NCBI RefSeq assembly: GCF_963921235.1
Contig: NC_086097.1
Coordinates: forward strand, 226,550,001-226,614,000
DNA: 64,000 nt
Source of the DNA: Mobula hypostoma
Taxonomy: Eukaryota
Direction: 5' to 3'
Below the pieces are notes generated by a model. That model did no database searches. It was not told where the DNA came from and saw only the letters and a program-made list of their open reading frames with translations. The first letter of the stretch is position 1. Every line of letters starts with the position of its first letter. Below, piece after piece: positions 1 to 10,888 of this stretch. Made by a program: the position numbers and the translations under genes.

Positions 1-235
1 ATCCTTTGAAAAGATAATACAATTTACTTTTCATATTTTTTTCCTCTAGCTAGTTTGGATCAGAGTTATGCCTATGAGTTGTTACTTTTGGATTACTGAG
101 CAACAATAATTATAATATTTCAGTTATTATTTTCTACTGTTGAATATAACTTAAAAAGAACTTTTGGGAGTTTGAAAGTTGTTAATTACAAAAAGGTAAA
201 AAGGAATTTCTGTGTTAGTCTTTATTTATTCAGAC

Positions 236-472
236 TGTTATGTTTTGTAACTCCAAAACTTTAAACTAATTAAAAGAAAGAAATGTGAGTCTTAATTCTG
301 TTTTTACTTTAGGTGAAGCGCCAATGTATCATGTGGTAGGATCATGATATATGCAATTCACATATTTTTACATATATAACCCTTAATGAATTACTTAAAA
401 ACAAAGAATGCTTAATCAAACAATATATTTACAAGATCGCTCAAATATTACTGAAATATTAAATACATAGCA
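236..472 (-). mobile_element. 3' LTR of Gypsy-type LTR retroelement
   Basis: TG...CA termini with imperfect terminal inverted repeat (tgttatgt at 236 / acatagca ending 472). Directly abuts a polypurine tract on the minus strand. Confidence 0.75.
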
Positions 473-484
473 CTCCTCCCTGCT
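473..484 (-). other. Polypurine tract (PPT) of the LTR element
   Basis: Minus strand reads AGCAGGGAGGAG immediately before the LTR-initiating TG. Confidence 0.7.
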
Positions 485-589
485 TAGCTATAAACTCCAA
501 CTTAAGTAGCGTGCATCTCAACGATATACACAGTACATGATATAACTACATTCACAGCGAAGAAGATTTTTAAATTGTCCCATTCAGGT

Positions 590-780
590 GTACAGATTTA
601 ATCGCTGTGGAGGATTTGTTACTCATGTGGGATAATGTCTTTCCTGACAAGAGTGGTCACTCTGCTTGGCAGATGAGACTTGTAGCTGTGAAAACAATCT
701 CATGTTCTGGGGCTTCCTCTGTGGTGGTTGTAGGAGTTGACTCTGAAACTGCAGGAAATGGTTCTGACAGTTCAGGACAC
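590..780 (-). pseudogene. Degenerate C-terminal tail of Gypsy pol (downstream of integrase core)
   Basis: Minus-strand translation CPELSEPFPAVSESTPTTTTEEAPEHEIV..., a P/S/T/E-rich tail, lying between the captured insert and the PPT/LTR. No catalytic motif is visible. Confidence 0.5.
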
Positions 781-1344
781 CTTCCTTTTCCTTCCTTTAT
801 CTCTTTCTAGTTTGTGCATCTTGATCTTGAGAAAGTGCATTTAATTCACTGGAGTATTCTCTTATTAATCCTTCAATTGCTCCCTTTACAATCTGATCTC
901 TCCTCTTGGTTTCTTCATCCACAACATCATCTGATGAATCATCTGTTTTCATATCTTCATGGACTGCTTTCTGATTGGCCTTCCATTCATCCAGCTGGGC
1001 TTTGATCTTTGCATTTACTTTTACAGGCAGCTTTTTGTCTCCCACTTGAAGTTCATGCAATAACCTTAATGCACACTGAGTAAATTTAGGTTCTTTATAC
1101 TCACAAAAGCTGAATGCTTGCAACTTTCCTGAAGCTCTTTGAACTCTCTCCCAGCTTAAAACCAAGCCACTTTCCCCAAGTAACTGCCTGATTAGCATAT
1201 GAGAAGCTTTCTCAGATATGTTGCCTACAAAACCTGTTGTAGTCAGACTAGTATTTTTGTCACTTCCACGCTTCCTCTGAGCAGAATGGTTTTTCTTGGT
1301 GCAATATGCTTTCCAGCCAGAGGCACAAAAATTGGCACCAACAT
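781..1344 (-). pseudogene. RBM25: Intronless RBM25 fragment (RRM domain plus following helix) inside the LTR element
   Basis: ORF 797..1366 contains TTTGFVGNISEKASHMLIRQLL..GLVLSWERVQRASGKLQAFSFCEYKEP..ALRLLHELQVGDKKL.VKV.AK.KAQLDEWKA..DEETKRRDQIVKGAIEGLIREYSSELNA, which I recognise as vertebrate RBM25. A shifted frame upstream gives MLVPIFVPLAGKHIAPRK, resembling RBM25 VLVPTVSMVGKHLGARK. No introns; one frameshift and a terminal stop. Confidence 0.92.
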
Positions 1345-1394
1345 CTATTTGCCCTTTGTTGGGCAACAGTTCATGGTGTACAGCATAGAGAGAG

Positions 1395-2608
1395 TTGTAG
1401 TATCATCCAGTATTTTTCTAAATTTACTTCCTGATGGTTCTATTGCAGGAGATGTGGCATGCAAGTGGTAGATGGAACTCCATTGAATTTGTAGTTATCT
1501 CAGCCATTCACAACCCCACAATGCTGGCCCTCCTGTTTTTAAAAATGCATACAAGACCAATGTGCTTTGTCCGTTGATGTACTTTACTATTACAAATATC
1601 ATTCCTACAGGAGTTATCTTTTCTCCAGTTTAAGTTCTTCGTTGGATATCTACAGGATTCAGTTTAGGATCTTTGAAGTGCCACTCAGTTACGTGGGGTG
1701 ACAGAAACAGCCTAGCCAGTGTCCATTTCCATTTTAATTAATTTGTTGTTCACCTCTGGTATAAGGTATATTGCTGGTCTTTATGTTAGTTTCCACATCG
1801 AAATGCTCAAATTAACCAGTCCTGGGTCATCTCTCATCATTATCAGATGCAGACTAGTGCTCTTTTTGAAATTTCAACTTGACTTTTTCTCCTTTTTCTC
1901 TTCTCTGTGCAGTCCATTTCTTTTTGTCTGCCCAACACGCTGTTTGTAAGTGACCTACTCTGTTGCATTTTCTGCAAGTTTTACCTTTAAACCTGCATTG
2001 GTCTGGTGGTTGTGACCCCTTGCCATACCAGTAACACCAGTTTTTCAGCCAGGTAGGCCTCCATCTAGACGCTGCAATTTTGTTCACGCTCACTTTCATT
2101 CCTGACTGCAACTCAATTACGTCTGTCTGCTGCTTCCATTGATACAGCTATTTAAACCGCTCTTTTAATTGTAAGTTGTGCTTCAGTTAAGAGCCATTTT
2201 TGAATTCTTTTTTATAAGATTTCATAAACGAAACAATCTCCCAGTGCATCAAGTCCATTACCAAACTGACAATGCTCAGATAATCTCTTCAGTTCAGCCA
2301 CATATGCTGAAATAGACTCCCCTTCCTTTTGATTCCGCTTATGAAACATGAAGCATTTTGCAATCAACAATGGCTTCGATTCTAAATGTTCCTGCGTTAC
2401 TTTCACAACATCAACAAAGCTAATTTCGGCTGGTTTGGTTGGAGCAGTTAAAACTTGCCTTTAAATCCAATGCATTCAGCAAAATTGGTACTTGTTTATC
2501 ACTGGCTATTTCATTTGCTTTAAAATACTGCTCAGTCTGTTCAGTATACAAAATCTAGTTACCTGTTGTGTAATCAAATACGTCGATCCTCCTGATGTAG
2601 CCAACCAT
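1395..2608 (-). mobile_element. Decayed gag (zinc knuckle) and aspartic protease of a Gypsy-type LTR retrotransposon
   Basis: ATG at 2608 gives MVGYIRRIDVFD; then QEHLESKPLLIA..FHKRNQKEGESISAYVAELKRLSEHCQF, knuckle-like CRFKGKTCRKCNRVGHLQTAC, and protease motif MEMDTG near 1720. Multiple stops and frameshifts; no 5' LTR or PBS seen. Confidence 0.88.
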
Positions 2609-3183
2609 TTCTGCTCTTTCTTTAATGATTGTTATCACCCGGTGCTCACTGTTTATGAACCCATTAATTCTTCCATTTTCTGTCTTTTTTAAAAACTCAG
2701 TGAGATCAAGAACAGAATAAATATAAGTACATAAAGACAGCTTAGATAGATTGGATACCCAAAAAGTGACGCTAGGCACAGGAATGTCTGTATATAAAGT
2801 GATTCTGACAGGAAAAGACAAAATGGTGGTTGGGGGTGTGGAGGGGTGGGTTAGTGAGTGGAGGTGTTGATCAGCCTTACTGCTTGGAGAAAGTAACTGC
2901 TTTTGTGTATGGTGGTGGCCCTAGTGTGGACGCTACATAGTTTCCTCCCTCCTCCAAACATACAAACTCATCATTTATCCTACCATTCCGATCTTCTTTA
3001 ACACAAGTTAGCTAGATCACCCAGCTGTTAATTTATAACACAGAAACCCAAATCATTTCCATACCATTTCTTTTCCAAAGTGGAAGAGTGTAATTTCCTA
3101 AATATTCTTAATAGTTCAAGCATACTGATTTGTTAATAGAACAAAGCAGCAACTGGGGGTAATAACAGCTCAAACATTACTAC

Positions 3184-3632
3184 AAACAGGGGAAAATCTG
3201 CAGATGGTGGAAATCAAAGTTACACACACAAAGTGGTGGAGGAACTCAGCAGAACAGGCAGCGTCTATGGAAAAGAGTAAACAGTCGATGTAATCAGCCA
3301 AGACCCTTCGTCAGGACTGGGGAAAAAAGAGATTAGAAATCAGAGTAAGAAGGTGGGGGAAAGGAGAAGAAGAAGTACAAGGTAGTAGGTGGTAGGTGAA
3401 ACTGGGAGAGGGGGAGGTGTGAAATAAAGAGCTGGGAAGTGGATTGGTGAAAGAGATAAAGGACTGGAGAAGCAGGGATCAGATAGGAGAGGGCAGAAGA
3501 CCATGGAGGAAAGGGAAGTGGGAGGAGCACCAGAGGGAGGTGATGGACAGTTAGGAGATAAGCTGAGAGAGGGAAATGGGGATGAGGAATGGTGAAGGGG
3601 AAGCGGGGGTGACAGTTACTGGAAGGTCAAAA
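3184..3632 (-). mobile_element. Penelope-like element terminal repeat (pLTR) with degenerate hammerhead motif
   Basis: Reverse complement resembles the 15149-15646 terminus; degenerate ctgacga...gact at 3282-3320. Confidence 0.75.
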
Positions 3633-5964
3633 ATTACTGACTTCATTAAAGAATTGAAGAACTTTTAAATATTGGTGTCATTTTAGACTAGGGAATGAAA
3701 GTGTGGCTGCTTAAATGTAGAAGATAGCTTTTTGGTCGGAGTTTAGTTAATGTTGGGAAAGAAGTGTTTAGCCGATAGATTTTTTTAAAGCACTATTATA
3801 TAAATATGCTTTTCTTTCCGTACTGAATTTGCTTTATTTCAGGGTAATTTACTGTTGCAGATATATACTTGTGTCTGGTTTGTAGTTTTAGGGATTAGGA
3901 TAGCGAGGATTAACTGCTGTCTCTTAATCTTCCATATCAACTTTAAGAGTGAAATATAATATGCAAATGGATACATTCATTTCATGTTTACATACTTTTA
4001 ATCTCAGTAATTTAGTTTTAAGAAGATGGGAACTCATCTTTGCCTTATATATTTTGAATCCGCAAGCAAGACACCATTAAAATCTTTATCGCTGTGTCTT
4101 ACAGGATGAATGTTTATCCATCGGGGATTAAAATATTATACTTTTTTAAAAAAAAATGTTCTGAACTCAACGACACTTCACATCATACAGAGTTTAGTGT
4201 TCTATTTTTTTTTCTCTCTGTGTCGGGTTATAAAGGATTTTTTTGGGAGCTGGTTAAAGAGGTTCTGCTGTTCACCCAAGTAATTGGAAACAATGCCTTT
4301 CAACAGACAGAATCTGATGGCATACTGTAGAAAAAATGAATTTAACTTACCTTGAATTCATCATTCATTTGACACTTCCCAACATCATTTTTCAATTGTA
4401 CGGAGGGGAAGTCTGTTCAAAGATTTTTACATCCACAGCACTTTATATTCTGTGAACTAAAGTCAGTTGGTTTGGTAGAAATAGAACCACAGATCAGAAT
4501 TACATTGTTTATTTGAAAATAGAGAAGGAATTTGTTTGGAAAAGTCTAATCCTGACTAACTACAAACAGATGTTATGAAAAGGAGATGTACAGTGATGAA
4601 ACAGAACTCAGATATGAAATGTAAAATTATGCCTAAAATATATCTATTTGATTTATTACCTAAATATTAAAGAACATAAGCATATTTTTACCTTGATTAT
4701 AGAGCATATATTTTATTCAGTCATGGACAGCTATGAGCAAAATGTTAAATTAAAATCAATCTATGCTGATACCTCAAAATAACATTGAGAAAGGGAAACA
4801 GCAAATTGAGCCAGATGACTCCCACACACAACATTTCCCTTCTTTCTGCACTCCTACCAGCTCCTTTCCTGTGTAATCATTTTCACATATGATTTTTTCT
4901 TGTACATTTTGCTTGCTATTCTCTTTTGGGGGAAAATTCCATCCTACAAATTAAATTTATTTTCACTGCGAAGATCTGCACAGAAGTTTCCCGCGTCATG
5001 AAATGTACAAAGATTCCATTTACCACATTAAAGGGAGGGTGTCACCCATGTGTACACTGAAAATCTGTGTGAGGATGTTGGTGATACAAAGAAAATTGAT
5101 GTATATTAATTACAATCTGCAAAGACCAATTCCTACCATGGGCCAAAGTTCATATTTTATAATCCCATGGTTTGAAGTGGAATATTTAATATGCTGTGAG
5201 TTTGCTTTTAATGTCATAGGCTTAAATGTGAGCCTACCATTTGGGTAGGTTCAGTATAATGGAAGGGGATAGCAGGAGACTGATGACAATATAAACTTTT
5301 AGAAGTATAGCCCAGTATTTTATTCTGTCCAACAATGGATCAGAATCAGAATGACTACATATACATATTGTATATATACATATACATATTGCCAGTTTGT
5401 AAAGCATGCCCAAATTTATTATGGTTTGGTGCCAAGCATCATACACTGAACAATACCATAACAGGCAACAAAATAGCAACTCACAATTTATTAGACAACA
5501 GTGCAAACAGCCATGTATAATCAGCAGTCAGTAGAACGGTCAGGTATGCAAATGTCAATAATCAAACTTAAATAATTATGAACATATGAACAGATTAAAT
5601 GACTATCAAGAGGACGAGGAGAACAGGAAAGACAATTTTACGGATGTTGTGCAGGGACAGTTAAGGTATTATACCTGAATTCTGAAAGGAAACAAAGGAG
5701 GTAAATAGAAGCAAGTTGTTTCCGTGAGGTGTAGGCCATAGGGGTGAAATTTGATACAAGAGGTTTTGATCAGAGGAGAATCATCTTCACACAGGAGCAC
5801 ACTTCCAGGGATACCATGTTGAGATGCAAAAAATAGCCTATCATCTATGAAAGAAAAGAGTTAGATGGATAAGTAAGCAAGGTGGGAAAACGTGATTACA
5901 ATTTATTGTTCTTGTGTGGCAGTTATGCTGATATAGACTCAGTTTTGCCAACTTGTCTCATTTT

Positions 5965-6235
5965 TCAAAGATTCAACATACATGTATTATCAAAGTATGT
6001 ATACAGAATACAAGTCTGAGATTCATCCTCCCACAGGCAGCCACAAAACAAAGAAACACCATGGAACCTGTTCAAGAAAACATCAAACACCCAACGCATG
6101 AAAAAGGAACAAATTGCGGGAAGTGGCAAAAAGTGAGCTCCCAAAACATAGCAGAATGTCCAGTAGTATTCAGTTTAGTGCAGTTCAGAGATGAGTATTG
6201 TATTCTACAGTGCTGTATCAATATGGAAGAGTATT
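5965..6235 (-). mobile_element. Rex1/Babar-like LINE 3' UTR fragment
   Basis: ctgagattcat...cacaggca motif shared, in reverse complement, with the 3' UTR at 7440-7530. Confidence 0.5.
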
Positions 6236-6994
6236 GATTAAAACATTCTGCAAACCTTTTCACTTGTAGTTAGACTATATGATCATTATGTAAAAATTGT
6301 AGTCAATAAAGCACGTTCAGAATCAAATAACATTGAAGTGGAAACTTATCTCTATTTTTCCATAGGAAAGTTGCCCATTCTCAGGTGATCCAGAGGAAAA
6401 GAAGGAACTAAAGGCCTAGTTATATTTTCTCCAACTACCCAGCATCTCACCCCCTACATAGTATACGTTCATTGAATTCTCTTGCTTATGGCAAAAGGAG
6501 AAAATTCTGCACCCTAGGATAATTCAAGTTATTGGAAAAGCTAATCAATAATCATGGACATACTTTTTCAGTTAATACATCGTATAGTGAGCTATAACTG
6601 AACAGTTTTGAATTGATGTACCGAAGGCTTGAACTTTATACACTTGAGGAGGACTGGAGGTGTATATGAATTGAGCAGTTTTTTTTTGTTTAAATTAGCA
6701 GTTCAAGGAAGATCTAATAATAATTGTGTGATTCTGATTAGGTTTTGCTTTAATGATAGTATGTTCTCTTAATTGGTAGGCAGTAATTATAGAGGAACCC
6801 AATAAACACACAAACAACACGTGTGAGGAAACTTTATGGCAGTTTGATGAACATTCATACTGTTGCCTGAATCTGGGTGGGCAGGCACTACTGTTTTACT
6901 AATTGGAAATGTGGTGCACATTTTTGGTGTTCCATGCAATTTCCCTGCTTGTATTTATAAGCTACCTAATCTTATAAGTGCAGTTTATAAATAC

Positions 6995-7532
6995 AGTTAA
7001 ATGCAGAACAGAAAGCCTACAAAAAGTAGTGGATTCAGCCCCGTTAGAGCCCTTCCAACCGTTGAGCATATCAACAAGGAGTGCTGCCACAAGAAAGCAA
7101 CGCCCAGCATCCAGGACTCCTGCCATCCTGTCCATGCTTCCTTATCGCTGCTGCTGTTGGGGAGGAGGTAAAGGAGTCTTAAGACCCAAACCAACAGATT
7201 CAGGAACTGTTATTACCTTTCAACTATCAGGCTCCTGAACCACTGTGGATAATTTCATTCAACACTGAACCAATTCCATAACCTACAGACTCAGTTTCAA
7301 GGGCTCTATGATTCATGATCTCAGTATTATTTATTTACATATTTATGATTATTTTTTGTATTTGCACAGTTGTCTTCTTTTGCACATGGGTTGTTTATCA
7401 ATCTTTGTGTGTAGTTTTCATTGATTGTGTTGTATTTCTTTGTTCCACTGTGAATGCCCGCAAGAAAATGAATCTCAGGGGAGTGAGTGTATGGTGACAT
7501 TTACCTACTTTGATAATAAATTTAGTTTGATC
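6995..7532 (+). mobile_element. Rex1/Babar-like LINE 3' end fragment
   Basis: LQKVVDSA peptide, degenerate C-terminus, and 3' UTR ending aagaaaatgaatctcagg...tttgataataaattt. Confidence 0.7.
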
Positions 7533-8451
7533 TCATCTCAATTGCTTTCACACAGCCTCTTGTTTATGAACTGAATAAATATTATGTAGACAAATGTGAT
7601 AATCATTCTAGAAAGAAAAACAAAATGTTAGAGATTTGTCTATGGTAAAAGAAATAGAGTTAAGATTTCTGGTTGAAAACCCTTCATTAGAGCCATTAAC
7701 CCAGCAACTTTCCTGAACAACAAGCAACTGACAAATCAGTTTCATTCCTTACATTTTGAGGAAAGAGCACTGGCCTAATATTTGGATAAAAGCATTCCTT
7801 TTTTAAATAACTCCAAAGTATATTTATTATCTATCATACGTATTTTCCATCAAAAGTCAAGAATATCATTCTTCCTAATGAAAAGAAATGTAAGTACTGT
7901 ATAACATTTGTATAAGAATTAGAATGTAAGGAAAATTTTCCAGTTCCACAGTCCCCGCAGGGAGCCTCTGTTTTTGGACGGGGTAGGAAGCATAAATCAG
8001 AATTCCACTGCTCACTGCACCTGGTTTACAACCAATTTCATGGCTTAAAGAAAGAGAGCAACATATGCAAACATGTGTTGTATGGCTTCTGAATGTAACA
8101 CAAAGTCATAAAATTATTCCTTGCATGTTTTTGTTTTAACCAATCAATATAAACATTTTTCATAGCTCATAATGGGTTCAAATCCAAGTTATGCATAGAC
8201 ACGCTAGAGACTGTGGAGGAAACTCCCAATCATGCTGTCCGATGAATTAACAAAATTTCCAAACCTATTCACGATTTTTGATTCCAAAGAGAATAAATTT
8301 AAAATAGGAGGTATCCATGCAAGTGTATTTTAATATTGGAATGAGCAACTGTTACTTTGACAATTTAAACTTTACTGCTTTATTGTATTCACTTTGCCAT
8401 AATTTTGGAATTGTGTGGTCATTAAAATGTTTATCCAATAGTTTTTACATA

Positions 8452-8732
8452 CTTTTATTTATTTGTTTATTTATTGGCATGAGGCACGGAGTGGGCAGTT
8501 CTGGCTCTTTAAGCCGTGCTGCTCAGCAACCCCCGGTTTAACCCTAGCCTAATCACGGAACAAATTACAATGACCAATTAACTTACCAACCAGTTATTCT
8601 GTGGAATGTGGGAGGAATCCAAAGCACTTGGAGGAAACCCATGCGATCGTGGGGAGACAGCGGTGGGAATTGAATCCAGGTCACCGGTACTTCAAAGCAT
8701 TGTGCTAACCACTTGGCTCCTGTGCTGTCCCA
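8452..8732 (-). mobile_element. tRNA-derived V-SINE (HE1-like)
   Basis: Reverse complement similar to 10571-10830: A/B-box head (gtggttagc ... attcaattccc), central ggtttcctcc..gtgct..gattcctcccaca domain, (TAAA)n tail. Confidence 0.75.
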
Positions 8733-8781
8733 ATCTCTAACATAAGCAGCCCTTAACACAAACCAGTTATCACGGAGTTAT

Positions 8782-9648
8782 ACACACAAAAACTGCTGGT
8801 GAACGCAGCAGGCCAGGCAGCATCTACAGGAAGAGGTGCGATTGACGTTTCGGGCCGAGACCCTTCGTCAGGACTAACTGAAAGAAGAGATAGTAAGAGA
8901 TTCAGAAGTGGGAGAGGGAGGGGGAGATCTGAAATAATAGGAGAAGACAGGAGGGGGAGGGTTAGAGAAGAAGACTCTAACTTATGTTAATACCCCACCC
9001 CCTGTACCCCATCCCTTATTTATTTATTTATCTGGGCCGTATCCTCCAAATATCCGGACCTGCCTCTGGGTTTTTTTTTGCACTACCTTACTTTCCCTTT
9101 TCTATTAATGATCTTATAATTTAAATTATTAATATTTACTATCGATTTGTACTCCAGGAAGCACGAAGCACAGAATCAAATATCGCTGTGATGATTGTAT
9201 GCTCTAGTATCAATTGTTTGGCGACAATAAAGTATAAAGTATTAAAGTATTTTTTTTCTTTTCCCATTATTTCCTCTTTTTTCTCCCTCTGTCCCTCTCA
9301 CTATAACTCCTTGCCCATCCTCTGGGCTTCAACCCCTGCTTCCTTTCTCCCTAGGCCTCCTGTTCCATGATCCTCTCCCTTCTCCAACCTCGTATTCCTT
9401 TTGCCAATCAACTTTCCAGCTCTTAGCTCCATCCCTCCCCCACCTGTCTTCTCTTTTCATTTCAGATCTCCCCCTCCCACTCCCACTTTCAAATCTCTTA
9501 CTATCTCTTCTTTCAGTTAGTCCTGACAAAGGGTCTCGGCCCGAAACGTCGACTGCTTCTTCCTATGGATGCTGTCTGGCCTGCTGCGTTCCACCAGCAT
9601 TTTGTGTGTGTGTTGCTTGAATTTCCAGCATCTGCAGATTTCCTTGAG
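8782..9648 (+). mobile_element. Penelope-like terminal element with inverted partial copy (8782-8961) plus direct pLTR; two hammerhead motifs
   Basis: 14-bp TSD tatcacggagttat at 8768-8781 and 9649-9662. 8782-8961 is the reverse complement of about 9435-9610. Hammerhead motifs at 8840-8876 (-) and 9519-9554 (+). Confidence 0.88.
9031..9250 (+). mobile_element. 3' tail of Rex1-like LINE nested in the Penelope-like element
   Basis: Near-identical to 31304-31512 (ctgggccgta.cctccaaatatccggacc...aataaagtat). Confidence 0.88.
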
Positions 9649-10124
9649 TATCACGGAGTTATGTTTGAATTAAAATGGTAATCTCTTGCTCTAATCCTGT
9701 CTAACAGTAAATTGGGAAGAGTCAATACAACTGCTGACATCCATGAGATAGCAACAGAATAATAATTATAATTTGGTATAAAAGATAAGTTTTTACAGAG
9801 AGGGATACATGAATAGCTGGTATGAGAGACGAATACATTCATGTTTGTGGAGTTGAGAGTGCTCTTTTTTTGAATGGATTGAAGGCTTATTGCTGTGGTA
9901 TGTCGAGACCCCCAACGTGGGACTGCTTGGTCTTAACACTGGTGCCTCAAGCAGAAGAGTGCTCCATTCTGTTAATACTACACTCCCTTGTGTTCACTTG
10001 GAGTCTTCAAAATTTGCGTCCACACTTGGGAATGACAGAAAGTCACTCACAACTCTGTTGCTGGTGACTTGCTCATTTTACACTTGATCTTCGGGAAGCA
10101 AGGCCTTGCAGTCTGGGCCAGTGT

Positions 10125-10405
10125 TTGGAGACATACGGCATGGAATCAGACCCTTCAGCCCATCTGTGTAAATCCTATACTAATCCCATTTTTATTTTCC
10201 CTATGTTTCCCAGATTCCAGCACTCCAGATGCAACTTGCAGGGCCGATAATCCTACTAACTTGCGTTCCCCTTGGGATACGGAGGGGGAGAAACAGCAGT
10301 TGATGAGAACATTGAAACTCTGCAGAAACAGCACCAAAAGTCAGTATTGAACCTGTGTCACTGGGACTATAATGCAGCAACTGTACCAGCTATGCCACTG
10401 TGCTG
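10125..10405 (-). mobile_element. Degenerate tRNA-derived SINE
   Basis: Residual B-box (attgaacc on the + strand) and a CR1-like tail (cccttcagcccat). Confidence 0.45.
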
Positions 10406-10570
10406 GGCTTAATCAGCTAGCCTCCCTTTTATTGAAATGACCATGTATCACATCAATCTCCAACAAGTCTGATTCACCTTTCCCACAACCAAGAAGTTCA
10501 GGCCCATCTTATTTACCTCCAAGTTATTTCCTTAATAATGGACTCCAACATATTTCCAACTGCTGAAGCC

Positions 10571-10830
10571 AGGTGGCACGGTAGTGTAGTGGTTAGCACA
10601 GTGCTTCATAGTATAGGCAACCCAGGTTCAATTCTCACCACTGCCTGTAAGGAGATTGTACGTTCTCCCCATGACCGTGTGGATTTCCTTCAGGTGCTCC
10701 TCACCCCTCCCACAGTCCAAAGATGTGGTTGGTAGGTTGATTGCTCATTGTAAATTGTCCCATGATTAGGCAAGTATTAAATTGGGGGATTGTTGGGCAG
10801 TGTGGCTCAAAAGGCTGGAAGTGACAACTC
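10571..10830 (+). mobile_element. tRNA-derived V-SINE (HE1-like)
   Basis: ggtggcacggtagtgtagtggttagc A-box region, ggttcaattc B-box, and V-domain-like gtacgttctcccc.tgacc.tgtggatttcct.caggtgctcc..cctcccacagtccaaaga. Confidence 0.8.
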
Positions 10831-10888
10831 TGCACTTCCTTTCTTCTGCCTCCCTCCCTTCTTAATGATTAGAGTGACATTTATTATT

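Noticed and set aside
797..1366. Native RBM25 gene
   Set aside because: Intronless, partial, frameshifted at its 5' part and embedded in retroelement sequence; it is a captured copy.
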